A stretch of 64,000 bases of DNA, taken from the NCBI GenBank assembly GCA_028288965.1, contig JAQGHD010000008.1, forward strand, positions 22,390 through 86,389, given 5' to 3'. The stretch is from Candidatus Saccharimonadota bacterium (GTDB taxonomy: Bacteria > Patescibacteriota > Saccharimonadia > Saccharimonadales > JAQGHD01). A program made the translations under genes and the position numbers. The notes below the pieces were generated by a model. The model had not been told where the DNA came from, did no database searches, and saw only the letters and a list, made by a program, of their open reading frames with translations. Shown here in pieces: positions 19,856-30,374 of the stretch. Every line of letters begins with the position of its first letter. Position 1 is the stretch's first letter.

Positions 19856-20818
19856 ATGATTTTTGACTCACTTCCCAGGCCTTTTTTTGTGCTGGCCCCC
19901 ATGGATGATGTGACCGATACGGTGTTTCGGCAAGTGGTGGGGAAGTGCGCACCGCCAGATTTGTACTTTACGGAGTTTGTGAACGTGGACGGCTTGCAAA
20001 GCCCGGGCAGGGAAAAGTTATTGCCTAAACTGCGCTTTAGTGAGCACGAGCGGCCGATTATTGCTCAGCTGTGGGGCAAGGTACCGGCTAATTTTGAAAA
20101 AACAGCTAGGGAAGTGGCCGAGATGGGCTTTGATGGTATTGACCTTAACTTTGGTTGTCCGGAAAAAACAGTTATCAAAAACGGTTGTTGCATTGCGCTG
20201 GTGGACAATAGGGGACTGGCAGGGGAGATTATAGAGGCTACGCGGCGTGGTGCCGGTTCCCTACCGCTCAGCATTAAAACCAGGCTGGGGCTCAAAACAG
20301 TTGATTACAGCTGGCATGAGTTTTTATTACAATTTAAACTTAACGCGTTAACTATTCATGGCCGGACGGCCAAGCAAATGAGTAAAGTTCCAGCTGATTG
20401 GAACGCCATTAGCCATATTGCTGGCTTGCGCACTTCCCTGTCCCCCGCCACTAAAATTATTGGTAACGGCGATGTTATGAATCGTCACCACGGCGAGGAA
20501 CTGGCGGCCAAGCACAAATTAGACGGCATTATGATTGGCCGCGGTCTGCTGGATGATCCATTTGCATTTGTCGACACCAGCCCGTGGAGCACCTGGACAA
20601 AAGAGCAAAAAATTGCCTTATACCGTAAGCACGTACAGCTGTTTGCCGCCACCTGGCGACATAACGAGCGCAAGATATATACGCTCAATAAGTTCTGCAA
20701 AATCTATGTCAGCGGCTTTGACGGTGCCAAAGAACTGCGGGAACAGCTTATGCGGGCTAACTCAGCTGAACAGTTATTGCAACTTCTGGATACTGCTGAT
20801 AGTCCGGTTGCAGTCTAA
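19856..20818 (+). CDS. dus: tRNA-dihydrouridine synthase
   Basis: LAPMDDVTD, IDLNFGCP, IHGRT, GNGDV, MIGRG. Confidence 0.92.
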   Translation: MIFDSLPRPFFVLAPMDDVTDTVFRQVVGKCAPPDLYFTEFVNVDGLQSPGREKLLPKLRFSEHERPIIAQLWGKVPANFEKTAREVAEMGFDGIDLNFGCPEKTVIKNGCCIALVDNRGLAGEIIEATRRGAGSLPLSIKTRLGLKTVDYSWHEFLLQFKLNALTIHGRTAKQMSKVPADWNAISHIAGLRTSLSPATKIIGNGDVMNRHHGEELAAKHKLDGIMIGRGLLDDPFAFVDTSPWSTWTKEQKIALYRKHVQLFAATWRHNERKIYTLNKFCKIYVSGFDGAKELREQLMRANSAEQLLQLLDTADSPVAV

Positions 20819-21135
20819 GCGCGGACAAAGCGCTCACCCCAAGCCGCCATCTTCTGCAAGATACCTTGCAGCTCTTGGCCATGAGACGTGAGATGGTATT
20901 TGTACCGAGGTGGATGTACGCAGTACATGTCGCGGGCTATAATCTGTTGCTGCTCTAATCGGGTTAAGCGTTGGCTGAGGGTTCGCGGGCTAATGCCCAC
21001 TAAGGAGATTTCCAGCTCACTAAAGGTGGCGGGCTGGTCAGTCAAATCGCGCAAAATCAGGGGAGTCCACTTGTCACCTAGCACGTCAAGTGTGGCCTGT
21101 AGGCAGCCCGGGCGTTTTTCAATTTGCGTACTCAT
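20815..21135 (-). CDS. HxlR family transcriptional regulator
   Basis: LGDKWTPLIL...GISPRTLSQRL..LE...PPR..Y.LT. Confidence 0.9.
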   Translation of the reverse strand: MSTQIEKRPGCLQATLDVLGDKWTPLILRDLTDQPATFSELEISLVGISPRTLSQRLTRLEQQQIIARDMYCVHPPRYKYHLTSHGQELQGILQKMAAWGERFVRA

Positions 21136-21241
21136 AGTTTAGTATTATAAATCAAAAAGCGACTTTACAAAATATAGCAAGTAACTATACTATGTAAAGT
21201 GACAACTTAAAGTCAACTTATAACATGCCAAGGAGTTACTC

Positions 21242-21814
21242 ATGCCTATTAAAATTGCCGTTATCACCAGCACCAACCGCCCTACCCGTGTGGGTCCCAA
21301 AATTGCCGATTGGCTGATGGCCCAGCTACCCAAGTCCAAGGAAGTTACTTACCAGCTGATCGATATTGCTAAAGAGGATTTGCCATGGCTCGATGAACCG
21401 AATTTGCCAGCTATGGGAAATTACCAAAATGAGCACACCAAAAAGTGGGGAGCTAAGGTTGCCGGCTATGATGGCTTTATTTGGGTGGTGGCCGAGTATA
21501 ACTACGGTTACCCAGCACCCCTCAAGAACGCTATAGATATGCTGTACCATGAATGGTCCAAAAAGCCGGTAGCTTTTGTTGGCTACGGCAGCCTGGGCGC
21601 CGCTCGCTCGGTAATGCAGCTGGTTACGGTAGCGGCGCAGTTACAGATGGTAGCCCTGGCTGCCAGCAGCAACTCCCTCCGTATCATTGATGCCCACGGG
21701 GCGCTAGAGGAAAACGGCCAGGTCAAAGAAGGCCACCTGCGTGGCAATATAGAGCACATGGCTACTGAGCTCATTTGGTGGGCCAAAGCCCTCAAGACCG
21801 CTCGCGAACAATAA
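21242..21814 (+). CDS. NADPH-dependent FMN reductase
   Basis: STNRPTRVG, EYNYGYPAPLKNAID. Confidence 0.9.
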   Translation: MPIKIAVITSTNRPTRVGPKIADWLMAQLPKSKEVTYQLIDIAKEDLPWLDEPNLPAMGNYQNEHTKKWGAKVAGYDGFIWVVAEYNYGYPAPLKNAIDMLYHEWSKKPVAFVGYGSLGAARSVMQLVTVAAQLQMVALAASSNSLRIIDAHGALEENGQVKEGHLRGNIEHMATELIWWAKALKTAREQ

Positions 21815-21864
21815 AGCCCTGAGTGCACCTTTGCATAAGCACTTTTAGTGCTATGATAAATTAA

Positions 21865-23217
21865 ATGGAAAACTCAGACAAAAATCAGCCAATAGCTGAT
21901 AAAACAGAAGTCCACGTTCATGAACATCAGGCTCCAAAACAATTTTGGCGCAAACGAAACCTTATTATTGGCGCCGGTTGTTTAGTGGTAATCGTGCTGG
22001 GCCTGGCGTTTGTTCTCACAAATAAATCAAGCAAGCCAACTAACCAGCAATCCTACAATCAGAATACTCAACAAAGTACCCAGCCGCCGCCCCAAGTCAA
22101 TTCGGTTACCGATTGGGCTAGCCCAGATGTATATACGCAATTACCCGAGTGTAATGGCCAGCAACTGCTCAGTGCTATGCCGCTCGACGATGGTACGAAC
22201 TACGATTTTATTCCGCTGGGGCTTATAAATGCTACCGGCGGGCACGCCCAGCCCAGCGATCATCCCTATTTTGATTTTGTTGGTGTTGATAAAGTTATGA
22301 ATGTTCGCGCTCCTGGCAACGTGACCATCACCAAGATCCGCAGAATCTCTCGCGTAGTTAAGGGCGTGAGTAGTGAGGATACAAGCATCTACTTTATGCC
22401 GTGCAAGCAAGTTGGTTTTTACTTTAATCATGTGCACCTAGGCGATGTGCTTAATAAAGCCTTTCCAGCAAGTACCACGAGCGATCAATTGCATAACTGC
22501 CAGACGTCCACTCCTCCAGGCGAGACAGTTACTGATTGTTACGAACTAGCCGGTTCGACTGTTAAGGTAAAAACCGGGGACATTCTGGCAACGGTACACA
22601 TAAGCGCCCAGCAGCGCGGCTGGGATTTTGGTGGACTTGATGCCCGGGCCAAGCCTTTGGCGTTTGCTAATCCTAAGCGCTATTCAGGCGACAATTTTCA
22701 TGGCTTAACACCGTTGCAAGCTATTTGTCCAATAGATTATTTCCCGAGCGCCATTAAGGAGCAAGCCTTTAGCAAACCAGGTTTCAGCAAGCGCCCCAGC
22801 AGTTCACGTTGTGGTGAAATCAATCAAGATAAAGCTGGCAGCATACAGGGCAACTGGTATGCCGATAGTAGCGGTGGCTATGTTGGCGATTGGGCTAAGT
22901 TACTCAGCATCGTGCACTACAACTTAGATCCATCTGTTGCCTTGCTATCGGCTGGCGGGGGCTTGGGCCAAGGTGGCATTCTGGCGTGGGGCCCAACTAG
23001 CAGTACCATTGACCCGGAGCCTAGCCAAACGACTGTGGGGACCCTCTATTGCGTCATGACCAATGCCGGCGATGGTCGCAGATCTGATCATAACTATGCT
23101 ACTAACCATCACATTTTATTGCAGCTGACTGACGCCACCACCATGAAAGCCGAATACAAAACCGGCAGCTGCACCAGTAGCGAACAGTTTGTAAGCCCTA
23201 TTTTGTATTACCGTTAG
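21865..23217 (+). CDS. Membrane-anchored extracellular Cys-containing protein, possibly M23-like
   Basis: TM plus linker; GHAQPSDH, VRAPGNV, FNHV, VKVKTGD resemble the LytM fold (tentative). Confidence 0.5.
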   Translation: MENSDKNQPIADKTEVHVHEHQAPKQFWRKRNLIIGAGCLVVIVLGLAFVLTNKSSKPTNQQSYNQNTQQSTQPPPQVNSVTDWASPDVYTQLPECNGQQLLSAMPLDDGTNYDFIPLGLINATGGHAQPSDHPYFDFVGVDKVMNVRAPGNVTITKIRRISRVVKGVSSEDTSIYFMPCKQVGFYFNHVHLGDVLNKAFPASTTSDQLHNCQTSTPPGETVTDCYELAGSTVKVKTGDILATVHISAQQRGWDFGGLDARAKPLAFANPKRYSGDNFHGLTPLQAICPIDYFPSAIKEQAFSKPGFSKRPSSSRCGEINQDKAGSIQGNWYADSSGGYVGDWAKLLSIVHYNLDPSVALLSAGGGLGQGGILAWGPTSSTIDPEPSQTTVGTLYCVMTNAGDGRRSDHNYATNHHILLQLTDATTMKAEYKTGSCTSSEQFVSPILYYR

Positions 23218-23219
23218 CC

Positions 23220-23789
23220 CTAATCCCTGGTTTGGGGGTGGCGGATGCCGAAACGATTTCGAAGATAATCTAGCCGCTCAGTGAAGGCCTGGGCCAAATC
23301 AAAGTCATATTGATTTGACTGAAAATCAGCGCTTATAAGTAGCATGCCCGCGCACGCACCAATGTGCTCTTTTCGATCCAACCGTGCCTGCTCGTTGGTA
23401 CTAGCGTGACCAAATTCGTGTAAATTATGCGCTAAGTTTCGGGTGGCTTCTGCAAAGGCGGCGGTTGGCCATGGCAACGAACCCAGTCGAGTGGCAACGC
23501 CCCGTATCATTACTCTTGGTGCCACCTCATCTTTAAATGGTAGGTCGGCTGGCGCTAGACCTATCCAACGGCCCAGGCGTAGAGCGTACTGAACTGAATC
23601 TGGCGCAATGTCGGACCGTACAATATCGGCGTTATTAAAATCTTTACCTACTAAAGTTCTTACCAAATGGGTGAGCACGTGGTGGGCATTAGCCTCAAAA
23701 CCATTGGACTCTTGCTCCCAAGCACCTTGCACCACGTCAAAGGTATTTAATTGTTGATTACAAATTTCTAATTGTGCAGACGTAAACAT
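23220..23789 (-). CDS. Hypothetical protein
   Basis: Long ORF, start refined to ATG 23789. Confidence 0.6.
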   Translation of the reverse strand: MFTSAQLEICNQQLNTFDVVQGAWEQESNGFEANAHHVLTHLVRTLVGKDFNNADIVRSDIAPDSVQYALRLGRWIGLAPADLPFKDEVAPRVMIRGVATRLGSLPWPTAAFAEATRNLAHNLHEFGHASTNEQARLDRKEHIGACAGMLLISADFQSNQYDFDLAQAFTERLDYLRNRFGIRHPQTRD

Positions 23790-23877
23790 AGGTACATAGT
23801 AATGCGGCCTCAGTATACTCGCAAGCATGAGCGGGTAACTTATGCTTTACCCAATGCTATAATAGCCATTAGCCAAC

Positions 23878-24651
23878 ATGAATCCTCAAAATCAAACAAA
23901 TGATCAACCGGCAGTGGTTGCCGATTTTTCGGCGGACAGTGGTGTGCCGGCTGGGAATACCGGTCCGCAACTTTTTGTTTCCTCCTCGCAAGCCTCTGAA
24001 AGCAAAGGCAATAAAGGCAAGCGATTATTCATCATCGGCCTAGTTGTGCTAATTGTTGCTGGAATTGGCGGTGGATTTTGGCTGACCCATAAGAAAGCTC
24101 CGACAAAAAGTGCCACCAAAACCACGCCAACCAGCAAGGCGAGTACGCCTCCAGTTACTGCCCAAGCTGCACCCGCAGTGGATCCATATGCCAGCTGGAA
24201 AAGTTACAGTAACGCGCTAGGAAAATTTTCATTAAAGTATCCAAGCAGTTGGCTAATCGTTGGGTGTTTTGGCGAGCCACCGGAATCATCTATAAAAATT
24301 TCACTCGCAGATTCCAAAGATTATCTCGGTGTTTGCCCAGACTTTAAAAATAAACCAGAGCAAATCTCTATTGGCTATGGCACTGTAAATAATCCAGCAA
24401 GCGACACACCAATTCCTGGTATTGAAGTGTCCACGGCAACCGTCGGCGGCAAAACAGCCAAAAAATTGGTTTCAACCTATACCACATCGCAGGCTAACAG
24501 GGCGGTTAAAAACATTAATTATCTGGTCAGAATAAATACTACCAACTACACATTTAGCTACACTGTCTACAAAGATTCTGCTGGCAAGTTGCTCGATGCC
24601 AATTTCAACGATTTTACGGCCATGGTAGAAAAAACCGTCAAGTTTCAGTAA
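23878..24651 (+). CDS. Single-TM surface protein with PsbP-like C-terminal domain
   Basis: DPYASWKSYSN...FSLKYPSSW; ends F..MV.TVKF. Confidence 0.65.
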   Translation: MNPQNQTNDQPAVVADFSADSGVPAGNTGPQLFVSSSQASESKGNKGKRLFIIGLVVLIVAGIGGGFWLTHKKAPTKSATKTTPTSKASTPPVTAQAAPAVDPYASWKSYSNALGKFSLKYPSSWLIVGCFGEPPESSIKISLADSKDYLGVCPDFKNKPEQISIGYGTVNNPASDTPIPGIEVSTATVGGKTAKKLVSTYTTSQANRAVKNINYLVRINTTNYTFSYTVYKDSAGKLLDANFNDFTAMVEKTVKFQ

Positions 24652-24659
24652 GCGCGTTG

Positions 24660-26288
24660 TTATTTAGCGATAGCTTCTGGTTCGGGGGCAGCGCCCTGCT
24701 CGGCGGTTTCGAAATTGCCTTCCTCAGGAATGACAATGACATCGGCCGCTTGGTCTGGTAAACCGATGTAGGCCACGATTGCAGCCATGGCAACTATGAC
24801 TGCGCCAATGATGACCGAGCGGTGGAAGCCGCTCATCCAGGCGTCTTTGGCAGCAGCAACCAGGCTGTTGCCAACATCACCACCAACTTGTTGGCCAACA
24901 GCCATAGCTCCGGCCAGTGACGAGGCGGCAGTTTGTTTGGCAGCCGCTGGCAAGTTGGCAATGGCACTGGCTATTTTGGAACTGTATTGAGAAGCGAGCA
25001 AGCTCCCCAGCACAGCAATGCCCAAGGCGCCGCCTAGCTCACGGGTGGTATCGTTCATGGCTGAACCCATGCCAGCCCGGTTTTTGGGCACGGCTGACAT
25101 CAGCAGGTCAGTCGTTGGTGACATAGCCAGGCCAATGCCCAGCGCCATGACTACAATTCCAAAGACTAAGTGCAAGTAGGAAGAAGCTATACCAACCGTT
25201 GAGATAATTAAGATACCCAGGGCAATGGTTAACATACCAGCCGAGACTACCCGTCGCTTGCCAAAGCGGTTAGCCAGGGGCGTGGAGAGAGGTGCCGCTA
25301 CGGTCAAGGTGGCTGCCACCGGCAATAAACGGACTGACGAAGACAGCGGTGAATAGCCATGAATAAGTTGCAGAAATAGTGAAAAGCTAAAGAACATGCC
25401 TTGCAGGGCAAAGAACACCAGTGTTAAAGATAGGGCGCTAACGCCAAAGGCTGGCCGCTTAAACAGACGGACATCGAGCATGGGGTGCTTGTTGCGTAGT
25501 TCCCACCAAATAAACAGAGCCAAGATTGCCAAGCCCCCTAGGCCAATGCTCAGCGTATTGCCCGACAGCCAGCCATGTGACGGTGCCTCAATAATGGCAT
25601 AGACCAGCGCCACCAGCCCGGCCGTAGACAGCAATCCACCGAGAGGATCGAGGCTGGAGTGTTCTGGATCAGCCGTACGGGGTATCAACCAGCCACCTAC
25701 TAGTAAGGCAAAGATAATAATTGGAATGTTGGTGGTAAAAGTAGCGTGCCATGAAAAATGCTCCAAAATGAGTCCTGTTAATATTGGCCCAACGGCTACG
25801 CCAATACCGGTGACTCCGGCCCAAATACCGACGGCCTTGGCCCGTTCTTTTGGCGGAAAAACATTAGTCAATATAGATAGCGTAGCTGGCATAATCATGG
25901 CCCCGGCTATGCCCATAACGGCTCTGGCGGCCACCACAGCTCCGGCGCTGGTGGCCATAAAAGCCGCGTAGGCAGATGCCGCGCCAAACAAAAACAGTCC
26001 AGCTTGTAATATGCCCTTGCGCCCAAAGCGGTCGCCAAACGCTCCGGCTGTAAAAAGTAACCCAGCAAATATTAGCGAATAGGCATCCACCATCCACTGC
26101 AGCTGTGAATTTGTGGCATGGAGATCACGGCTTAGTACCGGCAAGGCAACGTTCAGCGAGGTGTTGCCGATCATTACAATTAAAAGGGATAAACAAAGCA
26201 CTGCCAAAATCCACCACCGGCGGCGATGAACCTGCTCGGGTACATAATCTTGCTTTTTAACAACCGTGATCTTGGCTAGTAATCCCAT
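24660..26288 (-). CDS. DHA2 (EmrB/QacA) MFS efflux transporter
   Basis: LNVALP, WMVDAYSL, GDRFGRK, about 14 TMs; AAGGAG SD before ATG 26288. Confidence 0.93.
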   Translation of the reverse strand: MGLLAKITVVKKQDYVPEQVHRRRWWILAVLCLSLLIVMIGNTSLNVALPVLSRDLHATNSQLQWMVDAYSLIFAGLLFTAGAFGDRFGRKGILQAGLFLFGAASAYAAFMATSAGAVVAARAVMGIAGAMIMPATLSILTNVFPPKERAKAVGIWAGVTGIGVAVGPILTGLILEHFSWHATFTTNIPIIIFALLVGGWLIPRTADPEHSSLDPLGGLLSTAGLVALVYAIIEAPSHGWLSGNTLSIGLGGLAILALFIWWELRNKHPMLDVRLFKRPAFGVSALSLTLVFFALQGMFFSFSLFLQLIHGYSPLSSSVRLLPVAATLTVAAPLSTPLANRFGKRRVVSAGMLTIALGILIISTVGIASSYLHLVFGIVVMALGIGLAMSPTTDLLMSAVPKNRAGMGSAMNDTTRELGGALGIAVLGSLLASQYSSKIASAIANLPAAAKQTAASSLAGAMAVGQQVGGDVGNSLVAAAKDAWMSGFHRSVIIGAVIVAMAAIVAYIGLPDQAADVIVIPEEGNFETAEQGAAPEPEAIAK

Positions 26289-26390
26289 AGAACTCCTTTG
26301 CAAAATGTACAAATAATAGGCTTGATGCTATACTTTAGATAGTTACATGGATATACTATATACACGCTACTATCGAAAGTAAAGCATCGT

Positions 26391-26756
26391 ATGAAAGTTA
26401 TACACAGCCCACAGAAATCAGAGAAAGAAATCCAGGAAATCAAGCTGGCACTGCATATTCTTGGCGATCATTGGTCCGGCCTGATTCTGTTTTGTTTGCT
26501 AGATAATCCACACCGCTTTAGCGACATTGAGGCGTTTGCTACCGGCATTAGCCCACGCACGCTGACCAAGCGGCTGCAGGCGCTGGAGGAATTCGGCCTC
26601 ATTACCAAGCGCCAATATAAAGAGTTTCCGCCACGAACCGAATACCAGGTTACTCCCAAAGCCATTGAGCTAAAAGAATCCCTAATGAGCCTCAAAAAAT
26701 GGGCCAAAAAATATTGCCACGTAGACCAAAGCGACTCTAGCCTACAAGCCCACTAG
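26391..26756 (+). CDS. HxlR family transcriptional regulator
   Basis: LGDHW...RFSD...ISPRTLTKRL..LE...PPRTEY. Confidence 0.9.
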   Translation: MKVIHSPQKSEKEIQEIKLALHILGDHWSGLILFCLLDNPHRFSDIEAFATGISPRTLTKRLQALEEFGLITKRQYKEFPPRTEYQVTPKAIELKESLMSLKKWAKKYCHVDQSDSSLQAH

Positions 26757-26767
26757 TTAGAGTGAAT

Positions 26768-27256
26768 ATGCCAAACAAGCTTAACCCTAGTACGCCAATT
26801 ACGGATGATGCCTTTAAGCTCAGTCTGTACCTTAAAGCGGCAGATGGAGTTTTGGAGTGCATTGGCGGGCTTTTACTGCTGTTCATAAAACCCCAGCAAC
26901 TGAATAGCCTGGCCCGGTTGCTGACCGAGCATGAACTATCCACCGACCCCAAAGACTTTATCGCTAATCACATTCTTAAGTCTGCCCACAACCTCACCTC
27001 GGCCTCGCTTATCTTTGGCGCGCTGTATCTGCTTTCGCACGGCGTGCTCAAAATAATCCTGGTGGTTGAGGTGTTACGCCAACGCCTCTGGGCCTATATT
27101 GGTCTGATTGTGACCACCGCGGGATTTATTGTGTATCAACTGTACAGGTTAACCTACAAGCCGACGCTTGGTCTGGTTCTGCTTACCTTATTTGACGGTG
27201 TGGTGATTTATCTAACTCAAAAAGAATACAAAAAACAAAAAAGCCTCCAGCCATAA
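26768..27256 (+). CDS. Membrane protein (DUF2127-like)
   Basis: K..DGVLE.IGG; HELSTDP.DFIA; YLLSHG..K. Confidence 0.75.
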   Translation: MPNKLNPSTPITDDAFKLSLYLKAADGVLECIGGLLLLFIKPQQLNSLARLLTEHELSTDPKDFIANHILKSAHNLTSASLIFGALYLLSHGVLKIILVVEVLRQRLWAYIGLIVTTAGFIVYQLYRLTYKPTLGLVLLTLFDGVVIYLTQKEYKKQKSLQP

Positions 27257-27330
27257 TTGCTGCAAAAAATCTAATAGTTAAACGCTTCTCACCACCTTAT
27301 TATGTTCTTGTAAATTAAGGAGGAGGCATT

Positions 27331-27717
27331 ATGGCACAAGTTGTAAGGGAAGTCCGAGAACGCTCCATCCGAGATGACGATTTAGCAGATGATCCACCGC
27401 CCAGCGCGCGCAGTGAATACACCATGACCGTAGCGGAACGGATAATTTACTACATCGGCGGGGTGATTATGGCGGTTATTGCCTTGCGCATTCTGCTGTC
27501 GCTGATGGGGGCTAATAGGGGTAATGCTTTTGCCAGTTTTATCTATAACGTCAGTTACCCGTTTGTGGCACCGTTCTTTGGGCTATTTAACTACCGTATG
27601 CAGTATGGCGTCAGCCGATTTGAGTTTGAATCTGTCGTGGCCCTGATTGTGTGGGGACTGATCACGGCAGGCGTAGCTCGGCTAGTCACGCTTGGCAGCC
27701 GACGCGGCACGGTGTAA
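27331..27717 (+). CDS. YggT-like membrane protein
   Basis: LRILLSLMGAN..N.FA.FIY..S.PFVAPF; strong AGGAGG SD. Confidence 0.8.
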   Translation: MAQVVREVRERSIRDDDLADDPPPSARSEYTMTVAERIIYYIGGVIMAVIALRILLSLMGANRGNAFASFIYNVSYPFVAPFFGLFNYRMQYGVSRFEFESVVALIVWGLITAGVARLVTLGSRRGTV

Positions 27718-27735
27718 ACACAATCGGAGATAAGT

Positions 27736-28497
27736 TTATATAGCAGTCTCTGCTTCAGCCCTATGGCTTGGTACGTATCCAAAATGAAATTGAATGTTGC
27801 CTATAGGTACCCATGTTCGTTCACGGATAGTCTGAGAGCTATTTGGATATTCCTTGTTTAGCCTTTCACCCTCTTGTTTAACGTGTTCAACTGGTGAGTC
27901 ACGAAGCGGATCTACGACCATACATACAAAATAATTACCATCTTCCTCACCAGGATATTTTACGGCCTCTATGCCTACTACACACGCATTAAACGGGAAA
28001 TTGGCAAAAAGATTGCGGTGTGCTTTTTCCGGCTCTCCCTCTCTGCCAGTAAAATAAAAACAGGCGTGTCTTCCCCCAGAAACTGGCCGACCCGCCAAGA
28101 CTTTACTGAGCAAATTGAGACGTCCGATTAGATTTGTCATTGCTTCTGAAATTGAAGCTATTTCTTCGGGCGGCATATCTTCCGTTAGACTATACCCAAG
28201 TTCCTGTAACTCGTAAAAACCGTCTTGGAATGTTTGTTCAAATTTCCTGATCTTTTTTGAGTCTAGCAGCCCAAGTCTCGTTTCTGTTAAAAAGCTTATC
28301 TCTCCGTTCTCACTCTGTTGCGACGGTGGTATTTCTTGTTCTAGACCAGCCAATTCAAAATCTGCAATATCAAAAATTATGTTCGTTTGTTGCACAATTT
28401 CATCAACGTAAGGCCGGGCTGCTCTACCAACTTCCTCGCCAACATCGTTCACGAATCGTTCAATAGCTTCCTGGTTTTCTGGGCCAACTACCATCAT
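27736..28497 (-). CDS. Hypothetical acidic protein abutting the outermost array repeat
   Basis: Long ORF, AAGGAG SD before ATG 28497. Confidence 0.7.
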   Translation of the reverse strand: MMVVGPENQEAIERFVNDVGEEVGRAARPYVDEIVQQTNIIFDIADFELAGLEQEIPPSQQSENGEISFLTETRLGLLDSKKIRKFEQTFQDGFYELQELGYSLTEDMPPEEIASISEAMTNLIGRLNLLSKVLAGRPVSGGRHACFYFTGREGEPEKAHRNLFANFPFNACVVGIEAVKYPGEEDGNYFVCMVVDPLRDSPVEHVKQEGERLNKEYPNSSQTIRERTWVPIGNIQFHFGYVPSHRAEAETAI

Positions 28498-28558
28498 CCA
28501 CTCCTTTAGCAACATAAAAGTAACATCAAATTATTATTACTGCAAGAATTGGCAAAAT

Positions 28559-28650
28559 AAAAAAGACCTCCTTGTACAGAGGTCAAACATCATGGTAGCC
28601 CAAATGCATTCGAGCTGGGATCTAATCGGTACTGATTTAATTCGTCGCCA
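28559..28650 (+). repeat. Array repeat R1
   Basis: A-run, GACCTC-N8-GAGGTC, TGGTAGC (28593-28599), CCAAATGCATTCGAGCTGG. Confidence 0.85.
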
Positions 28651-28811
28651 AAGAAAAAAGGCCCAAAACGATGAGAGCCATACTGTTAAAGTTTTTAGAA
28701 ACTTTCTTTTCAGAAGAACGACGAGCTACAAGCATTAACAATGCTAATAGGGATAGAGGGAACCACATTACGTCAATTATATACTCTTTGGGACCTAGTC
28801 TAATGGGTAGT

Positions 28812-28844
28812 AAAAAAAGAGCCGTCCCGATCGACGACTCTTTT
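28812..28844 (-). terminator. Intrinsic terminator downstream of 28893-29372
   Basis: AAAAGAGCCGTC...GACGACTCTTTT imperfect inverted repeat with A-run. Confidence 0.6.
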
Positions 28845-28892
28845 GACCTCACTGTCTCTTACCTATTGCCAGTCTGGGGCAGAGTGCTCTAG

Positions 28893-29372
28893 TTAGTTCC
28901 CCTGTCTGTGGCCGGAACCACCAGAGACGTAACGCAGGTAGTCAGTGGGTATATTATTGTCCTTGGCCCACGTTGCCAATTCGGTTTGCCTGGTCTGCAT
29001 GGCGGCCTGGCGTTCGGCAGCTGACTTAGTCTGCGCGGCACCACGGTTAGCTGCACGTTGCGTCTTTAGCTCAGCTCGCTTGGCCAGAATCTTTGACTTC
29101 TGGTCGGCCGTTAGTTTGCCGTCTGTCACAGCTTTACTCAGATCGGTTTCGGCCTGGGCATCCATAGCGGCTTGGTGATCGGTTCGGTTCTGATCAAAGA
29201 CGGCTTTGACGTCGTTCTTATTCAGGTTGAACTTGGCAGCAATCTTATCGACTAAACTGCTTGATCCGCCAGTAGTGCTGCTGGCAGCCGAGACGCTGGC
29301 GGCTCCCGCCAGTGATGCCAGGGCGACGGCGGAAGTTACTCCGACAATAAGTAATGGTTTTCTAATCTTCAT
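28893..29372 (-). CDS. Secreted helical protein (cassette cargo)
   Basis: Signal peptide; SLVDKIAAKFNL...AVTDGKLT; AAGGAG SD. Confidence 0.8.
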   Translation of the reverse strand: MKIRKPLLIVGVTSAVALASLAGAASVSAASSTTGGSSSLVDKIAAKFNLNKNDVKAVFDQNRTDHQAAMDAQAETDLSKAVTDGKLTADQKSKILAKRAELKTQRAANRGAAQTKSAAERQAAMQTRQTELATWAKDNNIPTDYLRYVSGGSGHRQGN

Positions 29373-29504
29373 AATTTCTCCTTGTTTAACGTAAATATTA
29401 GTTGCGCGCTGGTAGCTACCTATAGCAACCGATCTACCTTAACCCACTGATATGAGAATTATCTGAAGACACCAAAACAAATGTTTGCAATGGGGGTTAG
29501 TGCT

Positions 29505-29544
29505 AGAAAGCCCAAGTACATTCGAACTGCAGTCTCATCAGTTA
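29505..29544 (+). repeat. Array repeat R2 (degenerate, hairpin missing)
   Basis: AGAAAGCCCAAGTACATTCGAACTGC. Confidence 0.75.
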
Positions 29545-30210
29545 AGACTGTAGTGCCGCATATGAATCAACCCACTTCTTATCGTGTGTAGGGTTTGAGT
29601 CATATACAGCAAACTCAACAGTAGGATACTTTACTTCTATCTGTTCAGCTAAAGCTGCATGAAACTTTTCGATAGTTTGGCAAAACTCATCTGAAGTGGA
29701 TTCATAATGTCGTAAGGTGGCAAAGAGTAGACCCTCACGTCTCTTATTATCAGTAGTTGAAATTAATAATGGGTTACCTCGCCACTTTAATATCTTCCAG
29801 CCGTGGGTTGTTGGTAGGTCGGGTAGCGTAAAGTGGCTTTCAAAGTAACTTCCCGGCCTTCGTGCATCACTGGCTGATTTTGGTGCTAGTGGATGCCATG
29901 GGGTTGTTTCAATCTTTTCCCGCACTACTTCTATGCCGGCAGATCTCAGACCTGAGGCGATTCGTCCTAGCTCGACCAGCGATTCGGCGCTTGTACATTC
30001 ATAATCCGAGCCAGTTAAGTAGTCAGGCACACTTTCGCTCTGGGGTGTTTCGTTATAAATAATGTGAGCCTTTACACCTAGCTGACCACACACTTCACGA
30101 AACAGCTGCGGATCAGTTGTGATAGGGTCAGCCGTTACATGTAGTTCGTGTGGGCCAAAAAAATCTCTAACACCTGCTTCTAATATAAAACTTCCATTTT
30201 GCTCACTCAT
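29542..30210 (-). CDS. Hypothetical protein (cassette cargo)
   Basis: Start refined to ATG 30210; ELHVT...REKIE...YFESH. Confidence 0.7.
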   Translation of the reverse strand: MSEQNGSFILEAGVRDFFGPHELHVTADPITTDPQLFREVCGQLGVKAHIIYNETPQSESVPDYLTGSDYECTSAESLVELGRIASGLRSAGIEVVREKIETTPWHPLAPKSASDARRPGSYFESHFTLPDLPTTHGWKILKWRGNPLLISTTDNKRREGLLFATLRHYESTSDEFCQTIEKFHAALAEQIEVKYPTVEFAVYDSNPTHDKKWVDSYAALQS

Positions 30211-30260
30211 AATATTTATTATAGACGTGCCTAAAATAAGCGTGCAAGCATGAGCAAAAT

Positions 30261-30374
30261 AAAAATGACCTCCAACTACGAAGGCCATAGTACTTATGCT
30301 TGATAGCCCAAGTACATTCGGATTGGAACTCTATCTTTGCTGAATCAAGTAGATGGAGAGCTATTATTGTTTAA
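30261..30374 (+). repeat. Array repeat R3
   Basis: AAAAATGACCTCC..., TGATAGC (30301-30307), CCAAGTACATTCGGATTGGAAC. Confidence 0.85.
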